Shown: piece after piece, positions 27,735-37,190 of the stretch
Numbering within the stretch: the stretch's first letter is position 1
Layout of the letters: each line of letters starts with the position of its first letter
Program-made: the position numbers and the translations under genes
Notes under the pieces: generated by a model
Database searches by the model: none
Seen by the model: the letters and a program-made list of their open reading frames with translations, nothing else
What the model was told of the DNA's origin: nothing
Assembly (NCBI GenBank): GCA_035275345.1
Contig: DATEMY010000594.1
Coordinates: 7,084 to 71,083 of the forward strand
From: Blastocatellia bacterium
Lineage (GTDB): Bacteria > Acidobacteriota > Blastocatellia > RBC074
Reading direction: 5' to 3'
Length of the DNA stretch: 64,000 nucleotides

Positions 27735-29198
27735 ATGAGAATGCAATCGCACCAGCTCAATGCTTCAACAATGCCCGGAACGCTGATCAGGCCCCGGGCG
27801 GTGAGACCGGGGACCGTATCGCATCGGGGCGGAATCGGTCTTCCGTCGAGGACTGAGACCCTCGCGATTCGCGGTAAACACTGGCTGGCGTTCGCCGGTG
27901 TCTATCTATTCACGCTTCTGCTTTACGCGCGGCCCAATGACCTTTTCCCGGGGCTCGGCAGTTTCCCGCTGGTCAAGATTGTGGCGATCGGGGCTCTGAT
28001 GGCTTACATCGCCTCGAAGGCCGCCTCTGGAGAAAGATTATCCGTTTGGACTAAAGAGATGACGATGCTTCTGGTCATCATGGCTCTTGGATTGATACTC
28101 GCGCCTGTCGCGGCGTCGCCATCCGACAGTCTGAACACGCTTTCCGATCCATTTCTCAAGACGGTGATCATCTTCATCCTGATGGTCAATCTGATCGATA
28201 CGCGTCAGCGAATCTTTTCGATGTGGAAGCTGGTCGTGATCTGTGGCTCGGCGCTGGGACTGGACGCGATCAAGAGCTACGCGAGGGGAGAGTTCACCGC
28301 TCGAGGGGTGCGAATCGAGGGACTGGTTGGAGGAATGTTCGGCAATCCGAATGACCTGGCGACGGCGCTGGTTGTGCTGCTGCCTTTCGCGATCTTCCTG
28401 GCGCTATCCAGTAAAGGCGTCGCGCGCCTGTTCTATTTGGGTTGCGCCGCGATTATGACCATCGCGACGCTGGTTACTTTCTCACGCGGCGGGTTTCTGG
28501 GGTTGATCGCGATGGGCGGAGTGTTGCTATGGAAGCTCGGGCGCGGGCGACGGTTCAGGACTTTACTCGCTTCCGCGCTGATCTGTGGAATTCTGTTCGT
28601 CGTTACGCCAGGCGGTTATGGAAGCCGGATCTCGACGATTTTTAACATCGAAGAGGACGAGACTGGTTCCGCCCAGGAGCGGCGAGAGCTGATGGAACTG
28701 GCCGCCTCGATGGCCATCCGGCGCCCGATCGTGGGAGTCGGCATGGGAAATTTTCACATCTACTCGATTCACGAAAAACAAGCGCACAACTCGTACCTTG
28801 AAATCGCAGCCGAGCTGGGCGTGATGGGACTGATCGCTTATTTGATCGTGATTCTGGCGCCCTTGCGCTCTCTCCGTCGTATCGAGCGCAAGACCAAGGC
28901 CATGGAATCAGAAAGCGATACCGAGATGTATCGTTTGAGCGTGTGTATTCAGGCTGCGCTGATCGCGTATATGGTTTGCAGCTTTTTCGCCTCGATTCAG
29001 TACCTCTGGTACCTCTACTACACCGCGGCTTATGCGGTGGCGCTCAGACAGATTCACAAAGCGGAAGAACTGGAGAATGCGACGTCCCCGGGCGAGATTC
29101 TTAAGGCGCCAGCCTATTCCAAGCAAACCAGAGGAACGCTCTGGCAGTCGGTCTGGGATCGGACAGGGCGATCGGTTGTTCGAGTGAGAAACGGATGA
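27735..29198 (+). CDS. O-antigen ligase / Wzy-like polymerase family membrane protein
   Basis: The protein is multi-TM and carries a Wzy_C-like motif (TFSRGGFLGLIAMGGVLL ... HNSYLEIAAELGVMGLIAYLI). Confidence 0.8.
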   Translation: MRMQSHQLNASTMPGTLIRPRAVRPGTVSHRGGIGLPSRTETLAIRGKHWLAFAGVYLFTLLLYARPNDLFPGLGSFPLVKIVAIGALMAYIASKAASGERLSVWTKEMTMLLVIMALGLILAPVAASPSDSLNTLSDPFLKTVIIFILMVNLIDTRQRIFSMWKLVVICGSALGLDAIKSYARGEFTARGVRIEGLVGGMFGNPNDLATALVVLLPFAIFLALSSKGVARLFYLGCAAIMTIATLVTFSRGGFLGLIAMGGVLLWKLGRGRRFRTLLASALICGILFVVTPGGYGSRISTIFNIEEDETGSAQERRELMELAASMAIRRPIVGVGMGNFHIYSIHEKQAHNSYLEIAAELGVMGLIAYLIVILAPLRSLRRIERKTKAMESESDTEMYRLSVCIQAALIAYMVCSFFASIQYLWYLYYTAAYAVALRQIHKAEELENATSPGEILKAPAYSKQTRGTLWQSVWDRTGRSVVRVRNG

Positions 29199-29239
29199 CG
29201 GCAATCAGTAGTTAGAAGAAGGGAAGAGAGGGAGTAGTA

Positions 29240-30442
29240 ATGTTTATGAGTCCTCAAATCACACAAGACCTGATCTTTCAGATCGTCTTCATTGCGGTTA
29301 TGGCGATGATAGCGTTCGTTTATGCGGGCTATCCGGCGTTGATCTTCGCGCTCAGCGTCGTTTTCAAGCGGCAGGTTCGGCGCGCTGACATAACGCCGCG
29401 CGTTTCGATCATCATCGCCGCATACAACGAAGAACGAGACATCGCAGCGAAGCTGGAAAACACGCTCGCGCTCGATTACCCGCGAGATCGGATGGAGATT
29501 GTCGTCGCGTCCGACTGTTCGACGGATCGGACTGATGAGATCGTCCGTCGCTTCGGCGAGGAGGGCGTAATCTTAAGCCGGCAGCCGGACCGCTTCGGAA
29601 AGACCGTCGCTCAACATCGAGCCGTCAAAGTTTCATCCGGTGAGATCCTGGTTTTCTCCGACGCGACGACGATGTACGAGCCGGATGCGTTAAGGAAAAT
29701 CGTTCGAAGCTTCGCCGATCCGGAGGTGGGCTGTGTCGCAGGGCAGCTGGTTTACGTCGACGCGTCGTCTTCGGTCGTCGGCAAAGGGTGTCGCTCCTAC
29801 TGGGGATACGAAAAATTTTTGAAAGCTTGCGAGAGCCGTATGGGCTCACTGATCGGCGTCAGTGGCTGTTTTTACGCCGTGCGGCGAATCTGTCATTCGC
29901 GGCTGGCTATCGATATGATCGATGATTTTGTGATCGCGATCGAAATCCACCTTCAAAATTTGCGCGCCGTTTATGAGCCGGAAGCGATCGCTGTGGAAGA
30001 TACCAACCGTCGGTCCAAAGACGAGTTCAGGATGCGGGTACGTGTAATCAAACAAACGATAAGCGCCTTGCTTCGTTACCGCCATGCGCTGAATCCCATT
30101 CGCCACAAGTTATTCGCTTTTCAGATGATTACGCACAAAGCGCTGCGTTATGCCGTGCCTTATCTATTGATCGCAGCGCTCGTCGCCAGCGGCCTGGCCA
30201 GCGACTCCGTCGCGTGGCTCCGGTTCGCATTCATCGCTCAGGTGGCCCTCTATGTCGCCGCGTTTGTCGGTTGGTTCGCGGAGCGTCTGAAGATCAAGCT
30301 CGGTCCGCTCGCGATCCCTTATTACTTCGTCCTCGTCAACGCCGCGTCATTAGTCGCGTTTTTGAAAGTTGTATACGGCGAACCATACATCGTGTGGGAA
30401 ACGGTTCGCGAAACGCATGGCGTCACTCAGAGAAGGAAGTAA
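29240..30442 (+). CDS. Membrane-embedded family-2 glycosyltransferase (synthase-like topology)
   Basis: An N-terminal TM helix precedes the GT-A core (VSIIIAAYNEERDI, VVASDCSTDRTDEI, LVFSDATT, AVEDT, FRMRVRV). About 4 C-terminal TM helices follow. Confidence 0.85.
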   Translation: MFMSPQITQDLIFQIVFIAVMAMIAFVYAGYPALIFALSVVFKRQVRRADITPRVSIIIAAYNEERDIAAKLENTLALDYPRDRMEIVVASDCSTDRTDEIVRRFGEEGVILSRQPDRFGKTVAQHRAVKVSSGEILVFSDATTMYEPDALRKIVRSFADPEVGCVAGQLVYVDASSSVVGKGCRSYWGYEKFLKACESRMGSLIGVSGCFYAVRRICHSRLAIDMIDDFVIAIEIHLQNLRAVYEPEAIAVEDTNRRSKDEFRMRVRVIKQTISALLRYRHALNPIRHKLFAFQMITHKALRYAVPYLLIAALVASGLASDSVAWLRFAFIAQVALYVAAFVGWFAERLKIKLGPLAIPYYFVLVNAASLVAFLKVVYGEPYIVWETVRETHGVTQRRK

Positions 30443-31753
30443 ATGACAGACGGAATCATAACCATCGAAAAAGATCCGCGGATCATAGCCGCCGACTTTA
30501 CATCAGAGACTGAAATCATCGAGAAGGCGCTGCTTCCCGATGCCGCCGACGCGTTGCGCGGAAGAGATATGCTCTGCTTCAGCCATGACTGGAGCGGCGA
30601 TCCCTTGTCGAAGACGCATTTGATGCGATTGATGGCGCGCGACAACCGTGTTCTCTGGGTTAATTCCATCGGCTATCGCACGCCGACGGCGTCAAAGGCC
30701 GATTTAAGTAGAGCCCTTAAGAAGTTGTTGGCGGCGGCGAATCCGTTGCGCGAAGTCGAACCAAACATGTTTACGCTCAACCCGCTGGTTATCCCCGCTT
30801 ACGGCAATCCCGGCGTGCGAGCGTTCAACCGACGATTTCTGCGCTGGCAGGTCAGGCGCGCCATGCGACAGCTCGAGTTTGACCGGGTAATAAATTGGGT
30901 CTTCAACCCGGCGGCTTCCGTGATCGCCGGCGAATTGGGGGAAGAAACCGTCATTTACTACTGCGTCGATGAATACACTGCGTTTACCGGGGTGGATTCC
31001 GATTCGCTGGCTGAGTTGGAACGACAATTGATGATGCGCTCCGACCTTGTCATCGTCTCAGCCGACCGTCTTTATCGATCCAAAGCGCCGTTCAACCCGC
31101 GGACAGCGCTCGTCAGGCACGGCGTGGATTATTCGCACTTCAGCCGAGCGCTCGACCACCGGACGAACGTGCCCGATGAGATCGCCCGTCTTCCTCGCCC
31201 GGTGATCGGCTTCTTCGGACTGATCGCCGATTGGGTGGATGTGGAGTTGATCGCGAGCGTGGCGGAGCGTTTTTCTACGGGGTCGCTGGCGCTGCTGGGC
31301 AAAGTAACAACGGACATTTCAATGCTCGAGCGGGCGCCCAATGTTCATTTGTTGGGACGTAAGCATTACAGCGAGCTGCCGGCGTTTTGTAAGGGGTTTG
31401 ATGTGGCGTTGATGCCGTTTCGCATCAATGAGCTGACATTGAACGCGAATCCGCTCAAGGCCCGCGAATATCTTGCGGCCGGCTTACCGGTGGTTTCGAC
31501 CGCGATCCCCGAAGTCGAGGCGCTAGGTCTTTGTCGAATCGGAGTAGATCGAGAAAGTTTCCTGTTCGAGGTCGAGCAGTCCCTGCTCGACCCTGGACCC
31601 AAAGTGGAGCGAAGCGAGTCGGTTCGTGGCGAAAGTTGGGAGACGCGAGTCGATGAAATACGGAGCCACCTCGCCAGATTGTTTGATGATGAAGAGTGGT
31701 TCGAGAACGGAAAATGCTGGAAGACTGATTATCTCGATTGTGGAAGTAATTGA
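30443..31753 (+). CDS. GT-B glycosyltransferase (GT1-family, TuaH-like)
   Basis: The ATG immediately follows the previous TAA. The C-terminal Glycos_transf_1-like region is VIGFFGLIADWVDVELI...GRKHYSELPAFCKGFDVALMPFRINELTLNANPLKAREYLAAGLPVVST. Confidence 0.75.
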   Translation: MTDGIITIEKDPRIIAADFTSETEIIEKALLPDAADALRGRDMLCFSHDWSGDPLSKTHLMRLMARDNRVLWVNSIGYRTPTASKADLSRALKKLLAAANPLREVEPNMFTLNPLVIPAYGNPGVRAFNRRFLRWQVRRAMRQLEFDRVINWVFNPAASVIAGELGEETVIYYCVDEYTAFTGVDSDSLAELERQLMMRSDLVIVSADRLYRSKAPFNPRTALVRHGVDYSHFSRALDHRTNVPDEIARLPRPVIGFFGLIADWVDVELIASVAERFSTGSLALLGKVTTDISMLERAPNVHLLGRKHYSELPAFCKGFDVALMPFRINELTLNANPLKAREYLAAGLPVVSTAIPEVEALGLCRIGVDRESFLFEVEQSLLDPGPKVERSESVRGESWETRVDEIRSHLARLFDDEEWFENGKCWKTDYLDCGSN

Positions 31754-31766
31754 AGAGAGGTAATTC

Positions 31767-33512
31767 ATGAAAAGATATGAAACACTCAAAGTGATAGCAT
31801 CCATTATATTCGCGATCTGTCTTTGCGGCTCCTTAAATGGTTGTTATCAGCGGCCGGTTTCTGCGCAGTTCGACATCGATATCATTGAATCTGTAATGAA
31901 TCGCGAGCGACCATCGTCACTCGCTCCCGGTGATCCGGAACTCCCGCGCGTCAGTCTGGATACGACTTATATTGCGCCCTCCGGGAAAACCATCAATGTC
32001 GCGGCGGGCAGCGATGTTCAAAAAGCTATCGACCAGGCGACGCCCGGCGATGTGATCATGCTCCAGGCGGGCGCAACCTTCACCGGCAATTTCAAACTGC
32101 CGAACAAGAGCGGGACGGGCAAAAGCGGCTCGAGCTGGGTCGTCATCCGCACATCGGCGTCGGACGCGAGTCTTCCGGCTCCTGGCGCGCGGATCACACC
32201 GCAGTTCAGCTATGTGATGGCGAGACTGATCAGTCCGAATTCCAATCCAGTCGCTCAAACGGAAGCCGGCGCGCATCACTATCGTTTCATCGGAATCGAA
32301 TTCGGCGTCGCGCCTGGTCAGAATATCTACAATATCATCAATTTCGATGCGGAACAGAAATCTCTCGCCACAATCCCGCATGACCTGATCATCGATCGTT
32401 GTTATATACACGGAAATGATAAGGGAAATGTCTCACGTGGAATTGCGCTCAACTGCGCGCGCGCGGCGGTGATCGATTCGTATATCTCCAATTGCCACGG
32501 CGAGGGATTCGATACGCAGGCGATCGCCGGTTGGAACGGCGCCGGCCCTTTCAAGATCGTCAATAATTATCTCGAAGGAGCCGGCGAAAACTTCATGCTC
32601 GGAGGCGCCGACCCCGCGATCAAAGACCTCATCCCATCGGACATAGAGTTCCGATTGAATCACGTTTACAAGCCGCTTTCGTGGAAGAAAGGCGATCCGA
32701 CTTACGCGGGGATCCCGTGGACGATCAAGAACCTGTTCGAGCTGAAGAATGCGCAACGCGTATTGATTGATCGCAACATGTTCGAGAACAACTGGGCGGA
32801 CGCGCAGAATGGCTTTGCGATTCTCTTCACGCCGCGCAACCAGAATGGCCGTTCACCCTGGTCGGTGGTTCAGGACGTGACCTTTACCAATAATATCGTG
32901 CGGCATTCCGGCGGCGCCTTCAACATCGCCGGGCCGGACAATGAGGCGGGGAAGAGTCTTCCATCCCAGCGGATACTGATAAAGAACAACCTCATCGACG
33001 ACATAGATGGCGTGAAGTGGGGCAGCGTGAATCATGGCCCGGCGGATAGCAGGTTTATTCAAATCGTCGGCGGGCCGCTCAATATAACGGTTGATCACAA
33101 CACTATTTTCCATACCGGCAGCTTGATCGTCGCTGATGTGGCGCCGAGTCCGGGCTTTGTCTTTCGTAATAACTTCGCGCCCCACAACAAGTACGGCGTG
33201 ATGGGCAGCGACCGCGCTCCCGGCGTTGATACGCTCGATTTCTATTTCCCCGGCCATATTTTCAGTAAAAACGTTATCACGGGAGCTCAAAGCCGGAATT
33301 ATCCGAAAGATAATTTCTATCCGGATTCACTTGAAAAAGTGGGCTTCGTAGATCGCGCGAAGGGAAATTACCGGCTGACGGCCGGCAGCTCGTACCGAAA
33401 AGCCGGTACGGATGGCAAAGACATCGGATGCGACTTCGATTCATTGGTCGATCAGCAGGTTACTTCGTCGTCCGTTCAGGCCGCGTCAGGCGGCGGAACA
33501 GTGAGGAGATGA
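31767..33512 (+). CDS. Secreted (possibly lipoprotein) right-handed beta-helix protein
   Basis: The signal peptide ends in a possible lipobox (ICLCGSLNGC). Beta-helix features include ATPGDVIMLQAGATFTG, IIDRCYIHGND, VIDSYISNCHGEGFDTQAI, IVNNYLEGAGENFMLGG, FTNNIVRH, IKNNLIDD and FRNNFAPHN. Confidence 0.7.
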   Translation: MKRYETLKVIASIIFAICLCGSLNGCYQRPVSAQFDIDIIESVMNRERPSSLAPGDPELPRVSLDTTYIAPSGKTINVAAGSDVQKAIDQATPGDVIMLQAGATFTGNFKLPNKSGTGKSGSSWVVIRTSASDASLPAPGARITPQFSYVMARLISPNSNPVAQTEAGAHHYRFIGIEFGVAPGQNIYNIINFDAEQKSLATIPHDLIIDRCYIHGNDKGNVSRGIALNCARAAVIDSYISNCHGEGFDTQAIAGWNGAGPFKIVNNYLEGAGENFMLGGADPAIKDLIPSDIEFRLNHVYKPLSWKKGDPTYAGIPWTIKNLFELKNAQRVLIDRNMFENNWADAQNGFAILFTPRNQNGRSPWSVVQDVTFTNNIVRHSGGAFNIAGPDNEAGKSLPSQRILIKNNLIDDIDGVKWGSVNHGPADSRFIQIVGGPLNITVDHNTIFHTGSLIVADVAPSPGFVFRNNFAPHNKYGVMGSDRAPGVDTLDFYFPGHIFSKNVITGAQSRNYPKDNFYPDSLEKVGFVDRAKGNYRLTAGSSYRKAGTDGKDIGCDFDSLVDQQVTSSSVQAASGGGTVRR

Positions 33513-33519
33513 AATTCTG

Positions 33520-34764
33520 ATGCGTTCATGCGAGCCGAGTTATTTCGAAAAACTTAAATGGTCGCTCCCGTGGCTGAGTCGCTATCCGATTTGGCGAGCC
33601 GGGGAATTAACGCGCAGGACGTTTGGCGCAATATCCGTCGCGGGGGCTGCGCATCTCATTCTGGTTGTCGCGAATCACTTCGAGCCGGCATGGGATGAGA
33701 AATACGGCATGGTTGATTTGGCGACTCAGCTATCGCGCGTAGAGGAATGGTGTGATCAGGCGCGCGCAATAGGCATGGCGGCGCGCGATTCTGATGGGAC
33801 GCCGTTCCGCCACACATACTTCTATCCGGGTGAGCAGTACCACCGGCCGTTGCTGGATCGATTGGCGAAACTCGAGGCCGACGGCTTTGGAGAAGTTGAG
33901 ATCCACCTGCATCACGGAATGGAGCGGCCGGACACGGCCGAGAATTTGCAGCGATCGTTGGAAGAGTTTCGCGACACTCTTGCGGAAGAGCATCAGTGCC
34001 TTTCGCGGCTAGATGGGGAAGGGCAGCCGCGATATGCGTTCGTGCACGGCAATCTGGCGCTCGCCAATTCAATGGGCGGGCGTTGCTGCGGTGTGGATTC
34101 CGAGATGCGCATTCTGGCCGACACCGGATGTTACGCCGATCTGACTCTGCCCGCGGCGCCGTTGCAGCCACAGACGCCGCGAATAAATGCGCTGTATCAA
34201 TGCGGTCGCCCGCTTAACGAACGCATGCCGCATTGGACTGGAAAAAATCTGCGGGTCGGCGCAGAAGTAACGCTACCGATATTGTTGACCGGGCCTCTGG
34301 TTTTCGATTGGAGCCGGAGGCGGAGCGGGTTGCCCGCGCCGAGAATTGACGACGGCGTTGTTAAGACAGGTTATCCGATCACCCCGATGCGGCTGCGCCG
34401 CTGGCGTGGAGCGGGCATTTCAGTCTCAGGGCGACCGGAGTGGATTTTCATCAAACTTTATTGCCACGGATTTTTCACGAATGATCAGGCCGTAACCATC
34501 GGCGAGCCGGCTCTACGGTTTTTGCAAGAGACGCTTGAACAAGTGGACCGCGACGGGCGATTAAAGGTGCATTTCGCCACGGCGCGAGAGGCGTTCAATA
34601 TCGCTCTCGCCGCCGTCGATGGACGCAGCGGTGAGCCGAATCAATATCGCAATTATCGGTTGCGTCCGATCAGGCGGACGTCTGCGCCACAGCCCCGAAA
34701 TAAGCATCGCGATACGAATGTCGAGGCGATGCGCCGAGAAGGAGAGTATGAGCGCTGTATATAA
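33520..34764 (+). CDS. Hypothetical protein (414 aa) with a His-cluster; function unknown
   Basis: The ORF lies 7 nt after the upstream gene, within the operon, and has non-repetitive globular composition. Notable motifs are HLILVVANHFEPAW, GEVEIHLHHGMERPDT, YAFVHGNLALAN and CCGVDSEMRILADTGCYADLT. I could assign no family by eye. Confidence 0.6.
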   Translation: MRSCEPSYFEKLKWSLPWLSRYPIWRAGELTRRTFGAISVAGAAHLILVVANHFEPAWDEKYGMVDLATQLSRVEEWCDQARAIGMAARDSDGTPFRHTYFYPGEQYHRPLLDRLAKLEADGFGEVEIHLHHGMERPDTAENLQRSLEEFRDTLAEEHQCLSRLDGEGQPRYAFVHGNLALANSMGGRCCGVDSEMRILADTGCYADLTLPAAPLQPQTPRINALYQCGRPLNERMPHWTGKNLRVGAEVTLPILLTGPLVFDWSRRRSGLPAPRIDDGVVKTGYPITPMRLRRWRGAGISVSGRPEWIFIKLYCHGFFTNDQAVTIGEPALRFLQETLEQVDRDGRLKVHFATAREAFNIALAAVDGRSGEPNQYRNYRLRPIRRTSAPQPRNKHRDTNVEAMRREGEYERCI

Positions 34765-35572
34765 CTATGATGGGATTACGACGCGTCTCGCCTCAACGGA
34801 TGGCGGGAGCGAATCGAGCAGGATGGCAATGTCGGTTTATCGTAACGCGCCGCAGGAGCAGGATCGCGTAAGCGATTTAATGGGCGTCATTCCAGATGGG
34901 CTGGCTTCAGTTCTGGACGTCGGCGCGCGCGACGGCTATCTCTCGCGACTGCTGGCCGGGCGTTTCGCTTCGGTTACGGCGCTGGATTTGGAAAGTCCCG
35001 CGATCTCTCACGATCGGATCACCTGCGTTAAAGGCGACGTCACGCGCCTGGAATTCCCCGACAACTCATTCGACGTGGTCGTTTGCGCGGAGGTGCTTGA
35101 ACATATTCCACCCGAAGGACTGGAACTGGCGTGTAGTGAATTGAGCCGTGTCGCCGGTTCCCACGTCGTGATCGGGACTCCTTACCGTCAGGACATTCGT
35201 GTTGGTCGAACAACCTGTCAGGCCTGTGGCCGTAAAAATCCGCCCTGGGGACACGTTAACGTTTTTGATGAGAGGCGACTTGAGAGGCTCTTTCGTCCCC
35301 TTCAACACGTCAGCACGACGTTCGCCGGCTCCAACCGTTTTCGAACGAATGCGATTGCCGCCTGGTTGATGGACCTCGGCGGCAATCCGTGGGGAAGTTA
35401 CGATCAAGAAGAAGCCTGTATTTATTGCGGGAGCCAGATCGAAATGCCCGCCGAACGAAGTTTCATACAAAAGCTCAGTTCGAGATTGGCATATTTAATA
35501 AACGCCGCGCAGTCATATTTTGTCTCCTCCAGACCCAGTTGGATTCATATGGTCTTCAATAAACGACAATAG
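34747..35572 (+). CDS. Class I SAM-dependent methyltransferase with CxxC...CxxC zinc-ribbon insert
   Basis: AAGGAG (34738-34743) precedes the ATG at 34747. Motif I is VLDVGARDGYLSRLLAGRFASVTALDL and the post-I/II segment is FDVVVCAEVLEHI. The Cys pairs are TCQACG and CIYCG. Confidence 0.8.
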
Positions 35573-35645
35573 TTTCTTACTGACTGTAAACGAAGAAAAG
35601 GTCATAGCATAAAAGCGCGACTCTGATCGATAGCGCGCATTAAAT

Positions 35646-37154
35646 ATGAGCGAAAAACATTACCAGATCGAATTACCGCGGCGCCTGCTCCAACGCAGGA
35701 CGCATTATGTCGAATCGGCGACAAACACGGCGCTTGCGCCGCAGAGATTGCTTTACATCGCTTATCAATTTGCGCCGAGTTTGGAGATGGGCGCGCGCTC
35801 CTGTGTTCAGATAGCGCGCCATCTGCCTGCATACGGATGGTCTCCAGTTGTGCTTACGATCGATGAAAAATACGTCGAGGGACAATACCTTGGGCGCATC
35901 GATGAAGTAGCTCAACTCGGATTACCGGATGAGGTGGTCAGGACCCGGCTTCTGCCTCACCCCTTCGATCTGTATCGCTGGCTGAAAGCTTCACGCTCAG
36001 GTAACTCTCAGCGCGGCCGCGAGAATCGCGGAGACGCCACATCGATTGAAGTCGATGCGCCGTTGCGCGCCAAGAACAGGTTGCGTCGTTTCCTCATCTC
36101 GACGCTGAGTATCCCTGACTTGTGCACTGGATGGATTTTCCCGGCCGTCATCGCCGGGCTGAAAGCGGCGCGACGCTCAGGAGCGCAACAACTCTTCTCA
36201 TCAGGTCCCTTCTGGTCGAATCATCTCGTCGGGTTTGCGCTCTCCTATCTGACTGGATTGCCATGGACCGCGCATTTTCGCGATCCCTGGGTCGCCGGCG
36301 CTCCTGAAAAGCCCGCCAGCGCGATCTCCGCTAAGATAAATGAATGGTTGGAGCGGATAATCGTTACCCGCGCATCCGCTGTCATAAGCGTCACCGAGGA
36401 GCATTCAGATACTTTCCGATCGGTGTATCCATTCCTCTCCCCCGGTAAATTCATCACCGTTCCGAACGGTTATGACAGCGACGAATGGGAAAATCTGCCG
36501 GCCGATATACAAGCCGACGAGAAAAGTAAAGAAAAGTTTTTGATTACTTACGCCGGAACATTTTATATCGAACGTGATCCGCAACCTTTGTTTAGAGCGA
36601 TAAAGTCATTGATCGACGACGGGGAAATTGGGCGCGATCAGATTCAAGTAGATTTGATCGGCTGGTGTGATACCAGTGAGGGACGCTCGGTGCGGGAGAT
36701 GGCCGATGAATGTGGGGTGTGCGATTGCATTAATATCCTTGGTCCGCGCAGCCGACCTGAGACTCTCTATCGGATGTCCCAAGCGAACCTGCTCCTCTTG
36801 CTGGCTGAACGGTTCGTCATACAAATACCGGGGAAGACCTATGAATACTTGCGAGCCGGCCGACCGATTTTGGCGCTCACATCGAAAGGCGCGCTCGCTA
36901 ATTTTTTGAGAAGGATCGGTGGTGGTTGGGTCGTCGACCCAAAGGATGACGCCGGCATCGTGTCGGCTTTGAAAGAGAGCGTCAGGCAATGGAAACAAGG
37001 ACGACAAGGTCGCGTCGCTGATCAGTCTTTAGTCGCCGGCTTTGACCGTCGCGTTCTCGCCGGTCAATTAACGAAATTATTCGATCGTATAAGCGCTCAA
37101 TCAAAACGGATCGCATCGGTACAGCGGACGCAAACCACCAGAAAACCAAAATGA
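35646..37154 (+). CDS. GT-B glycosyltransferase (GT4-like)
   Basis: The N-terminus is LLYIAYQFAPSLEMGARSCVQIARHLPAYGWSPVVLT. The later region is FLITYAGTFY...LLLLLAERFVIQIPGKTYEYLRAGRPILALT, which is EX7E-like. Confidence 0.75.
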   Translation: MSEKHYQIELPRRLLQRRTHYVESATNTALAPQRLLYIAYQFAPSLEMGARSCVQIARHLPAYGWSPVVLTIDEKYVEGQYLGRIDEVAQLGLPDEVVRTRLLPHPFDLYRWLKASRSGNSQRGRENRGDATSIEVDAPLRAKNRLRRFLISTLSIPDLCTGWIFPAVIAGLKAARRSGAQQLFSSGPFWSNHLVGFALSYLTGLPWTAHFRDPWVAGAPEKPASAISAKINEWLERIIVTRASAVISVTEEHSDTFRSVYPFLSPGKFITVPNGYDSDEWENLPADIQADEKSKEKFLITYAGTFYIERDPQPLFRAIKSLIDDGEIGRDQIQVDLIGWCDTSEGRSVREMADECGVCDCINILGPRSRPETLYRMSQANLLLLLAERFVIQIPGKTYEYLRAGRPILALTSKGALANFLRRIGGGWVVDPKDDAGIVSALKESVRQWKQGRQGRVADQSLVAGFDRRVLAGQLTKLFDRISAQSKRIASVQRTQTTRKPK

Positions 37155-37190
37155 GGATAACGATGAGCGGAAACTCGATACAGGTAAGAA

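Noticed and set aside
34619-34746. The longer 317-aa version of the Zn-ribbon methyltransferase, starting at 34619.
   Set aside because: The extension overlaps the 3' end of the upstream gene by 146 nt and is Arg/Ser-rich. The internal ATG at 34747 is preceded by AAGGAG and begins close to the methyltransferase fold.
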